NCBI GenBank assembly: GCA_963677595.1
Contig: OY782041.1
Span: 3,264,001-3,328,000 of the forward strand
Reading direction: 5' to 3'
Source of the DNA: Spirochaetia bacterium
GTDB lineage: Bacteria > Spirochaetota > Spirochaetia > CAKZLE01
DNA: 64,000 nucleotides
In this document: positions 56,033 through 64,000 of the stretch, piece after piece
How positions within the stretch are numbered: position 1 is the first letter of the stretch
Layout of the letters: every line of letters begins with the position of its first letter
Made by a program: the position numbers and the translations under genes
The notes under the pieces: generated by a model
What the model was told of the DNA's origin: nothing
What the model saw: the letters and a program-made list of their open reading frames with translations, nothing else
The model's database searches: none

Positions 56033-57322
56033 ATGAAACGATTTGGATTAATAGTAGTGGCTATTGCCCTGCTGTGTCTGGGGTCAGCGGCACTGTTTGC
56101 CGGCGGTGCGCAGGAAGAGAGTGCAGATACCGGGAAGACCGGTGTCGATATGACATTCTGGATCTTCCTCAACCCTGAATCTACGGAGGACCCGAGAAAC
56201 GTCGTATTGAAGAACATTGTAGACGACTACAATGCGAATAACGAATACGGGAACACGGTGACCGTTGAGAGTATCCACTGGAGCAAGTTCGAGGCACAGG
56301 CCATCCAGGCTGCTGCAGCGAAGTCCGGTCCGGACATCATCAACGTCTACAGCGACATGGTGAACCAGCACATCGCAGGCGGGACCATCCAGCCTATCAC
56401 GAAATATGCTGAGGGCTTCATCACCGAGATGGGAGACTACAACTACAAGGCATCAGACCTGAAGATCGGCGGCGAGATCTATACCCTTCCCTGGGAGAGC
56501 CGGACCTTCGTACATTGGTACCGTGATGATATCTTCGCATCAGCTCCTGCCACCATCGATGAGCTCATCTCAAGCCGGTCAGGCGCAGTGAGCGGTCTTG
56601 GCCTCAACTTCGCCATCGGGCTGTCTGACGGATCCAATGCCGCAAGCTTCATGGAATCCTTCATTCCGCTGATCCGGGCTGCAGGCGGTGACCTGTACGA
56701 CAGCAACGGTAAGGCAATATTCAACAGCGCTGCAGGCGTGAAGGCCGTGAACACCATCAAACAGATGGTAGATGACGGCGTCATGAACGAGTCAGTCCTC
56801 TCCCTCGTTGTCGATGACATCATCGACGGCTTCAAGGCAGGGACCATCTACTCGATGAATGCCGGTACCCAGCGTGCCGCATCGATCAAGAACTCGACCC
56901 TCGTCGACCATATCAAGTCAGCCCCGATGCCAGGGTACACCGCAGGTAACCCCGCTCCGGCACTCGTGGCTGGTCAGAGTCTCGGTATTGGCAAGTATGC
57001 CCAGAACCCTGATATGGCATTCGACTTCATCAAGTACTTCTACTCAGAGGCTGCACAGGTCGACTGGCTGAAGGCGAACGTGCTCCCTGCACGGTCTTCA
57101 GTGTTCAACGATGCTTCCATCCAGGCCCTCCCCAACTATGCGGAGCTCAAGGAATGGAACACCTATGCCAAGACCGGTCGAGTGGTATTCTACCCCTCAG
57201 ACTACACCGAGATGGCAGTGAACCTGGTCAAGGCCGTCCAGAAGGTCGTCTTCAAGGGTGATGACACACAGGCTTCACTTGATGAAGTAGCTGCATGGTA
57301 CAACAAGAAGAACAACAAATAG
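56033..57322 (+). CDS. Extracellular sugar-binding protein (CUT1)
   Basis: LFAGGAQEE signal, GPDI, IYTLPW, WYRDDIF, AFDFIKY; GGAGG RBS. Confidence 0.92.
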   Translation: MKRFGLIVVAIALLCLGSAALFAGGAQEESADTGKTGVDMTFWIFLNPESTEDPRNVVLKNIVDDYNANNEYGNTVTVESIHWSKFEAQAIQAAAAKSGPDIINVYSDMVNQHIAGGTIQPITKYAEGFITEMGDYNYKASDLKIGGEIYTLPWESRTFVHWYRDDIFASAPATIDELISSRSGAVSGLGLNFAIGLSDGSNAASFMESFIPLIRAAGGDLYDSNGKAIFNSAAGVKAVNTIKQMVDDGVMNESVLSLVVDDIIDGFKAGTIYSMNAGTQRAASIKNSTLVDHIKSAPMPGYTAGNPAPALVAGQSLGIGKYAQNPDMAFDFIKYFYSEAAQVDWLKANVLPARSSVFNDASIQALPNYAELKEWNTYAKTGRVVFYPSDYTEMAVNLVKAVQKVVFKGDDTQASLDEVAAWYNKKNNK

Positions 57323-57341
57323 CTTAGACACTTTTTTCATC

Positions 57342-57367
57342 GGACCGGAGGGGTCTCCCTCCGGTCC
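57342..57367 (+). terminator. Hairpin after the SBP gene
   Basis: GGACCGGAGGG-gtct-CCCTCCGGTCC 11-bp stem. Confidence 0.65.
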
Positions 57368-57476
57368 ACCCTGAATGGAATAGATAAGATAAGAATCAGA
57401 TACGTGAATCGGCACATAACAGGTGCTCAATCTCATTGAGCCCTTAACGAAATATGAGTTAACAGGAGTTACAGGT

Positions 57477-58961
57477 ATGGATGCTTATGATGTAGTTGTA
57501 GTCGGAGGAGGACCTGCGGGGATCATCGCAGGGCTGACCTCTGCACGACTTGGGGCGAAGACTATCGTGATCGAGAAGAACGGGTTCCTCGGGGGGGCTG
57601 CCACAGCAGCGGTCCTCGGCCCGATCTCCCCGTTCCATTTCAAGGACGAGCAGGTGATCAATGGGGTCCCCCAGGACTTCGTGGATGCGCTCGTGAAGGC
57701 CAAGGGGTCAACAGGCCATATGAAGACCCTCAATCCCTACGGGAGCGGCGACTCCCTCTGTTTTTATGACCGGGAGAAGTACAAATACGTGGCTGCCGAG
57801 ATGCTGCTTGCCGAAGGGGTGGAGATCCTCTACCATACCTTCCTCACCGGCGTCATCATGGACGGTGATAGGATCACCGGTGTGAAGACGGCCAGTAAAT
57901 CAGGCGAGATCGATATCATGGGGACCGTGATCGTAGATGCTACTGGTGATGGTGATGTCTCGGTGCTTGCCGGGGCTGAGTATGTGGTCGGTGATACCGG
58001 TACCGGGAAATGGCAGCCGGCTTCCTCGATGTTCGAGATGTCCAATGTTGATGTAGACAAGCTCTATGCCTATATCGTGGAGAACCCCGATGAGTTCGAG
58101 TGGGCCACCGACGTCGTTCCCCTGCGCGAGTTCAGCGACCGGTTGAAGCAGCGCTACTTCGTAGGCCAGGGCTTCCTCTCCCTCGTGAAGCAGGGAGTGG
58201 AGAACGGGGACCTGCAGTTCGGGAGGGACTCGATCCTCCTGCTCAACGGGATCTATCCCGGTACGGTCCACTTCAATTCCACGAGGATCACGGGCATCGA
58301 CGCGACCAACGTCTTCGACCGGACCAAGGGCGAGATACAGGGGAGACGGCAGATCGAGTCCGTATCGGAGTTCATGATCAAGTATGTACCCGGGTTCGAG
58401 CACTCCTATGTCACGACGACAGGTTCGGAGATCGGGATCAGGGAATCACGCCATATCATCGGGGAGTACATTCTTACCGGTGAGGATGTCGTCGAGGGAA
58501 GGAAGTTCCCCGATGTCGTTTCGCGCGGGTACTTCCCCATCGATATCCACAACCCGGACGGGAGTGCCGGCTACAAGGAGCCGGGCGCCGGTGGTACCTG
58601 GCAGAACCTGAAGGATACTTTCGACATCCCTTACAGGAGTCTGGTACCCAAGAAGATCGAGGGGCTCGTGCTCTCAGGTCGATGCATCTCCGGGACCAGT
58701 GAGGCCCATGGTTCCTACCGGACCCAGGGCGGCATCATGGGCATCGGGCAGGCTTCCGGAGCCGCTGCCGCGCTCTGCATCAAGAACGGGGTACTGCCGA
58801 GAGATCTCGATGTACCCGAGCTCCAGAAGACCCTGATCGCCCTCGGCGGCTCGGTCTACCGGGATGAGGAGAAGAAAGCCAACGACGAGAAGAAGGCGAA
58901 GGAAGCCGTCGAGAAGTTCCTGGCTTCCAGGGATGTGCTTATCCCATCCTCACTCGCTTAG
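57477..58961 (+). CDS. FAD-dependent oxidoreductase (FAD_oxidored-type)
   Basis: DVVVVGGGPAG, LGGAAT, DATGDGD, GIRESR, IDIH, IPYRSLVPK, GRCIS, GQASG. Confidence 0.9.
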   Translation: MDAYDVVVVGGGPAGIIAGLTSARLGAKTIVIEKNGFLGGAATAAVLGPISPFHFKDEQVINGVPQDFVDALVKAKGSTGHMKTLNPYGSGDSLCFYDREKYKYVAAEMLLAEGVEILYHTFLTGVIMDGDRITGVKTASKSGEIDIMGTVIVDATGDGDVSVLAGAEYVVGDTGTGKWQPASSMFEMSNVDVDKLYAYIVENPDEFEWATDVVPLREFSDRLKQRYFVGQGFLSLVKQGVENGDLQFGRDSILLLNGIYPGTVHFNSTRITGIDATNVFDRTKGEIQGRRQIESVSEFMIKYVPGFEHSYVTTTGSEIGIRESRHIIGEYILTGEDVVEGRKFPDVVSRGYFPIDIHNPDGSAGYKEPGAGGTWQNLKDTFDIPYRSLVPKKIEGLVLSGRCISGTSEAHGSYRTQGGIMGIGQASGAAAALCIKNGVLPRDLDVPELQKTLIALGGSVYRDEEKKANDEKKAKEAVEKFLASRDVLIPSSLA

Positions 58962-59027
58962 GAGTTTATCCTGCAGTGCCACTTGTGGTACTGTAGGGTA
59001 GAAACTGAAATGGAAGCGAGGCGACTC

Positions 59028-59786
59028 ATGGACGAGAAGAGGATCAAGAACAAGGCGCTGGCGAAGGCCCTGAATATCATAGAGTGTTTTACTGTGGACA
59101 ACCCGGAGCTCGGCATCACCGAGATCTGCAATATGCTGAACCTGAACAAGGGCAACGTGCATGACATCATCACGACCTTCGAGGCATACGGCTATGTGAA
59201 GAAGAATACCATGAACAACCGGTACCACCTTCACAGCAGCGTCCTCAGGCTGGCTGGGATCATGAATCGGTCCAGACCCCAGAAGGATACCATCGCCACC
59301 CTCGTGAGGGAGATCGCGCAGGAGACCGGTGAGACGGTCTACTACGGTATCCTGAGCGGCAGGTCGGTCCTCTACCTCGATTATATGTCTTCCGCCTCGC
59401 TGGTCGTCCCGAAGCAGGTCGTCGGGGTCTCGGCACCGCTGTACTGCACCTCGACCGGGAAAGCCCTGCTTGCGGAGATGGATGAAGTCGAGGTGGATGA
59501 GATCCTCGCGAAAGGGCTCAAGGGCTTCACCGACCATACCCTCACCGATATCGCCATGTTGAAGGCGGACCTTGCCCTGACACGGGAGCGGGGCTACTCG
59601 ATCGACAACATGGAACATGAATTCGGCGTCAAGGGTGTCGGGATGACCGTCAGGGACATGGACGGGAAGGTCGTGGCTGCGATCAGTGTCTCCGGTCCCT
59701 CCCTGCGGTTCACTGACGAGACGATCCCAAAGATCGCAGACCTGATACGCAGCCACAGCAGGAATATGGCGATCACCTATTTCTGA
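59028..59786 (+). CDS. IclR family regulator
   Basis: LGITEICNMLNLNKGNVHDII HTH, CTSTGKALLA, GYSIDNME, AAISVSGP; alternative start 59010. Confidence 0.92.
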   Translation: MDEKRIKNKALAKALNIIECFTVDNPELGITEICNMLNLNKGNVHDIITTFEAYGYVKKNTMNNRYHLHSSVLRLAGIMNRSRPQKDTIATLVREIAQETGETVYYGILSGRSVLYLDYMSSASLVVPKQVVGVSAPLYCTSTGKALLAEMDEVEVDEILAKGLKGFTDHTLTDIAMLKADLALTRERGYSIDNMEHEFGVKGVGMTVRDMDGKVVAAISVSGPSLRFTDETIPKIADLIRSHSRNMAITYF

Positions 59787-59808
59787 CCACGTATGGTAGG
59801 AGCAAAAG

Positions 59809-60693
59809 ATGCGAAAGCAAAAATATGATTCAGACAGGCTCATAGCGACGGCGTTCCTCTCGCCTGCGATCCTGATCATCCTCCTGTTCACCGGGATACC
59901 GATCATCGTCGCATTCAGGACGAGTCTCGCCCAGACGAACTACGCGCAGATCGTCGGGTTCGCAGGCCTGGACAACTTCATCGAGATCCTCTCCTCGCCC
60001 GAGGGCTGGCAGAAGATCATGAACTCGGTGATCTACGTCCTCTCATCCCTGCTGCTGGTACTCCCCCTGGGAGTAGGGGCAGCGCTCCTGCTCAACCGGG
60101 AGATCAAGATGAGGGGGTTCCAGCGGACGGTGATCATCCTCCCCTGGGTACTCTCCCAGACAGTCACGGCACTCCTGTGGAGATGGCTGCTGAACGCCAA
60201 CTTCGGACCGATCGTCTATATCCTCTATGCCCTGACGGGACAGCAGGTAGACTTCTTCAACTCCTCAGGGATCGCACGGGTTACCGTGGCGGTGGCGAAT
60301 GTGTGGAACACATTCCCCATCGTCCTCATCCTGACCCTTGCCGCCCTGCAGACGATCCCCGGAGAACTCTATGAGGCTGCCCGGGTAGACGGTTCCTCAC
60401 ACTTCAACTCGTTCAAGAGGATCACCTTCCCGCTCATCCTCCCGACGCTTGGTACGGCGATACTCATGCAGAGCATCGAGTACTTCAACATGGTGACGCT
60501 GATCTACGTGCTCACCAGCGGTGGCCCCTTCGGGGCAACGGAGACGCTTTCCGTGAAAGCCTTCAGGGAAGGGTTCGAGTACTGGCACATGGGATTGGGT
60601 TCTGCCTACAGTGTCATCATCTTCCTGCTGAACATCATATTCAGCCTGGTCTATATCAGAATAATACGGGGGCGAAGCAATGAGAATGCATAA
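59809..60693 (+). CDS. Carbohydrate ABC permease (MalF-like)
   Basis: GLDNF, ELYEAARVDG, GGPFGATETL. Confidence 0.92.
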   Translation: MRKQKYDSDRLIATAFLSPAILIILLFTGIPIIVAFRTSLAQTNYAQIVGFAGLDNFIEILSSPEGWQKIMNSVIYVLSSLLLVLPLGVGAALLLNREIKMRGFQRTVIILPWVLSQTVTALLWRWLLNANFGPIVYILYALTGQQVDFFNSSGIARVTVAVANVWNTFPIVLILTLAALQTIPGELYEAARVDGSSHFNSFKRITFPLILPTLGTAILMQSIEYFNMVTLIYVLTSGGPFGATETLSVKAFREGFEYWHMGLGSAYSVIIFLLNIIFSLVYIRIIRGRSNENA

Positions 60694-61537
60694 GAACACC
60701 TGCCTCGACGAGGACTCACGGGGGACGAAAGCCCTGATCTATCTCCTGCTGCTGATCATCATGATCTTCGCGATCTTTCCGGTGATCTGGGGGCTGCTCA
60801 CTTCCCTGAAACCGGTTGATGAGATCAACATGTTCCCGCCGAAGTTCCTGGCTTCCCGGATCGATTTCTCCAGTTACTACAACGTGCTGTTCAAGTCGAA
60901 CTTCAGCACCTACTTCAAGAACAGTGTCCTGATCACGGTCATCTGTATCGTATCTTCCACCATCGTGGCCGGGCATGCCGCCTATGCCCTTGCCAGGTTC
61001 AAGATCCCGAAGAGCCAGCTGATCATGTTCGCTATCCTCATGACCAGCATGGTCCCGGTCGTAGCGCTCCTGATCCCGCTCTACCAGATGACGGTACGGG
61101 TCGGTGTCTACAACACCAGGGCGATCCTGATCCTGATCTATACGGCATGGAGGACCCCGATTCTCATCTGGATCCTCTACGGGTTCTTGAGCAAGACCCC
61201 GGTCTCTATCGAGGAGGCTGCCAAGGTCGACGGCTGCTCGAAGGTGATGATCTTCTACCGGATCGTCCTGCCGATCTCCCAGCCCGGGATCGTCTCGGCA
61301 GCGCTGCTCTCAGCAGTCTACGTCTGGAACGACTTCCTCGTGGCGTTCACTTTCACGACCAAGGAGCCGTTAAGGATGCTCTCGGTCGGTCTCTATAATT
61401 ATATAAGCCAGTACGGTATCCAGTGGGGTGAGCTGATGGCGGCAGTCATCATCTCCATCGTACCGATCATCGCACTGTTCATCCCGATGCAGAAGAAGTT
61501 CGTAAATGGGCTCGCTGCCGGGGCAGTGAAGGGGTAA
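60680..61537 (+). CDS. Carbohydrate ABC permease (MalG-like)
   Basis: TSLKP, IEEAAKVDGC, WNDF, GAVKG. Confidence 0.92.
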   Translation: MRMHKNTCLDEDSRGTKALIYLLLLIIMIFAIFPVIWGLLTSLKPVDEINMFPPKFLASRIDFSSYYNVLFKSNFSTYFKNSVLITVICIVSSTIVAGHAAYALARFKIPKSQLIMFAILMTSMVPVVALLIPLYQMTVRVGVYNTRAILILIYTAWRTPILIWILYGFLSKTPVSIEEAAKVDGCSKVMIFYRIVLPISQPGIVSAALLSAVYVWNDFLVAFTFTTKEPLRMLSVGLYNYISQYGIQWGELMAAVIISIVPIIALFIPMQKKFVNGLAAGAVKG

Positions 61538-61549
61538 GGAATAACACAC

Positions 61550-62476
61550 ATGAAGAATACAGCATTCCCCAAGGGTGTATGGCCGGTGATGATCACTCCG
61601 TTCACCGAAGACAATAGCATAGACTTCGCCTCGCTCGAGCGGCTGGTGGACTGGTACATTGAAAACGGCTCGGCCGGGCTCTTCGCCGACTGCCAGTCGA
61701 GCGAGATCTTCTTCCTCTCGACCGAGGAGAAGGTGGCGGTGGCTGAATGCGTCGTGAAGGCTGCAGCGGGGAAGGTGCCGGTCATCGCATCGGGCAACAC
61801 CTCTGACTCCCTCGATGACCAGGTCGAGGAGATGAACAGGATCGCACAGACAGGGGTGGATGCCCTGATCTTCCTCTCCAACCGGTTCGCGAAAGAGGAT
61901 GAACCCGACGAACTCTGGATAGAGAACGCACGGTATGTCATAGACCGCCTGCCGGAGGATATGCCGCTTGGGTTCTACGAGTGTCCCTATCCCTACAAGC
62001 GGATCCTCACTACGCCGATCCTGGAGTTCTGTAAGGAGCTCGACCGGTTCTACTTCCTCAAGGATACCAGCTGCGACATCGGGAACATACAGGACAAGAT
62101 CGAGTACCTTGAGGGCACGAACATGAAGCTCTACAATGCCAACACCGCGACCCTGCTCGAGTCGCTCGAGGCAGGAGCATACGGCTACAGCGGGGTCATG
62201 GCGAACATGCAGTGCGACCTCTACAGCTGGCTGACAGACAACTACGAGAACGAGCTTGGGAAGGCGAGAGAGCTCAATGACTTCCTGACCGTCTCTGCCC
62301 TCATCGAGCGGCAGGTCTACCCGGTGAACGCCAAGTACTATCTGCAGCAGGAATCAGTGATCGAAACGACCGTGACGAGGACGAAGGACCATACACTGCT
62401 CGGGCCTACGGAGAGATCCGAGGTAGATCAGCTCTCACGGCTGTCTGAGTTCATGAGGAAAGAGCTGTACAGCTGA
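61550..62476 (+). CDS. DHDPS-family aldolase/dehydratase
   Basis: GVWPVMITPF, LFADCQSSE, YECPYPYKR, LKDTSCD, LYNAN. Confidence 0.85.
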   Translation: MKNTAFPKGVWPVMITPFTEDNSIDFASLERLVDWYIENGSAGLFADCQSSEIFFLSTEEKVAVAECVVKAAAGKVPVIASGNTSDSLDDQVEEMNRIAQTGVDALIFLSNRFAKEDEPDELWIENARYVIDRLPEDMPLGFYECPYPYKRILTTPILEFCKELDRFYFLKDTSCDIGNIQDKIEYLEGTNMKLYNANTATLLESLEAGAYGYSGVMANMQCDLYSWLTDNYENELGKARELNDFLTVSALIERQVYPVNAKYYLQQESVIETTVTRTKDHTLLGPTERSEVDQLSRLSEFMRKELYS

Positions 62477-62633
62477 GAACAGGACCGGTACCCCCCGGTA
62501 GTATCCATTCACTTGGAACTGTGATCCTCTTTTCATTCATAATTGATTAATACTCAATTATCCCATACAATTATTCCAATTATGGATCACTTCATGGTAA
62601 TCAACTGTTAGAGGAATAATAGAAAGACAAGGT

Positions 62634-63398
62634 ATGGAATTAGTAAACTCGATCGTCAAAGCATCAAAAATCTTAAGCCTTCTGGAAAAGCATGGGGCTC
62701 TCAGTTTCAATGAACTGTTACGACGGTATGAATTGCCGAAAAGTACATTATCAAAGATTCTGCATACCCTGGAATATGAAGAATTCATCCGGAAAGATCT
62801 GGAATCGAACAGGTATAAATTAGGGAACAAGATAATCGAGTTGGGAAGTGCTGCTCGTTCCTCCCTGGAAATCAGGAATATAAGCAACCCTATCATGAAA
62901 AGACTTCATGATAAGCTGGATCTAACCGTGCACCTCGGTATTATCGCACATGGGGAAGTCCTTCCCATTGAGAGTGTTGAAGCGGGGAATTGGTATTGGC
63001 ACCATTTCAAATATCCTGTAGCCGTAGGAATCTCCGCCCCCATGTATGCTACAGGAGCTGGTAAGGCGATACTTGCATTTCTGCAGAACGACGAGATAGA
63101 GCAGATCCTTTCTCAGAAACTAGAGAAGTTCACCGGCAGTACCATGACTGATAAGACCCTGCTGCTTGAAGACCTGAGCAGTATACGCCAGAGGGGATAT
63201 GCTGTCAGCAATGCGGAGCATGATGATATGATTCGCAGTGTGGCTGCCCCTATCTTCAATGCTGATGGGAAAGTAATCGCTTCATTGAGTGTCCTTGGAC
63301 TGGCCTCGAAATTGACCCCGGAACGGGTGAAAGAGATCTCTACTGATGTGATGGCTTCTGCTGGGGAGATCTCCCATATGTATGGGTTCATAGACTGA
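62634..63398 (+). CDS. IclR family regulator
   Basis: LPKSTLSKILHTL, ATGAGKAILA, RGYAVS, SVAAPIF; AT-richer than neighbours. Confidence 0.92.
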   Translation: MELVNSIVKASKILSLLEKHGALSFNELLRRYELPKSTLSKILHTLEYEEFIRKDLESNRYKLGNKIIELGSAARSSLEIRNISNPIMKRLHDKLDLTVHLGIIAHGEVLPIESVEAGNWYWHHFKYPVAVGISAPMYATGAGKAILAFLQNDEIEQILSQKLEKFTGSTMTDKTLLLEDLSSIRQRGYAVSNAEHDDMIRSVAAPIFNADGKVIASLSVLGLASKLTPERVKEISTDVMASAGEISHMYGFID

Positions 63399-63541
63399 TT
63401 TTTAGCTGTCTGCCGATACCATGTTAAACAAGCAATTTATTCAGAAAAACTCTTGACAAAAACCATATCTATGATATTCTAAGTATAAATAGGAACTAAG
63501 TACATATATAGGAACAATAATTTAAAGGTTTAGCAAGGTAA

Positions 63542-64000
63542 ATGACAGCACTTGTACATGAACAGACATACAAAGAATATATCTCGAGACCAGAAGGGAC
63601 GGAGTTTGTCCATGCATCGACTAACCTGTGTTTTAGAGATGGGTCAATGCTGGCTGCATGGTTCTCCGGGTCTGCAGAGGGGAATGATGATGTTGCCGTA
63701 TACTATGCCAGAAAGGAACAGGGTGATTGGTCGAAACCGGTCAAACTCGAAGACAACTTATATGCCCCGCACTGGAATCCAGTTCTCTTTTTCCTGGATG
63801 ACGAACGGATTATCCTGTTCTACAAGGTTGGCAGCAAGATATATGAATGGCAGACCTATTTCTGTATTTCACACGATAATGGAAAGACCTTCTCCAGCCC
63901 GGAACAGCTGGTCTCTGGGGATACCGGCGGCCGTGGTCCTGTCAGGAATAAGCCCATTAGGTTGGCAAATGGAGATATCCTGGCACCAGCATCGACGGAG
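63542..64000 (+). CDS. BNR/sialidase-fold protein, 3'-truncated by window edge
   Basis: Hand translation MTALVHEQ...HAST...AAWFSGSAEG...HWNPVLF..LFYKVG...SHDNGKTFS...GPVRNKPI..APASTE; upstream TTGACA at 63453. Confidence 0.85.
   Translation, partial: MTALVHEQTYKEYISRPEGTEFVHASTNLCFRDGSMLAAWFSGSAEGNDDVAVYYARKEQGDWSKPVKLEDNLYAPHWNPVLFFLDDERIILFYKVGSKIYEWQTYFCISHDNGKTFSSPEQLVSGDTGGRGPVRNKPIRLANGDILAPASTE

Noticed and set aside
1-64000. tRNA, rRNA, tmRNA, RNase P RNA, integrase or prophage genes
   Set aside because: No recognisable signatures found by eye; tRNAscan-SE and cmscan would be needed to exclude them formally.

Overview
Bacterial chromosomal window, probably from a Spirochaetota member of Sphaerochaeta type. 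This is inferred from solute-binding proteins starting LFAGGAQEE / YAQGSRE and from a spirochete-type hypothetical protein. It is dominated by carbohydrate and sugar-acid catabolic loci: two CUT1 ABC clusters with BNR/sialidase-fold and DHDPS/NanA-family enzymes, iclR-eda-kdgK, a split transketolase/Fe-ADH/LarA-family operon, an epimerase/DHDPS/Nramp/TetR operon, and a sulfatase with a distant anaerobic sulfatase maturase. Two complete insertion sequences have readable ends. One is an unusual two-ORF ISAs1 element (14244-16529, 18-bp TIRs, 10-bp TSD). The other is a 2.07-kb DDE element (39243-41315) that splits hipA of a hipBA module carrying four operators. Other toxin-antitoxin remnants are present (Fic, orphan MNT, a truncated antitoxin). 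The most striking unexplained feature is an ~760-nt segment on the minus strand (about 46018 to 45257) with no credible long ORF. It is bracketed by a consensus sigma54 promoter and a strong intrinsic terminator, is packed with nested helices, and carries a Gln-rich hexapeptide ORF whose Shine-Dalgarno is sequestered. It is a candidate undescribed large structured non-coding RNA. All calls are by eye and from motif knowledge; no database searches or folding programs were run.
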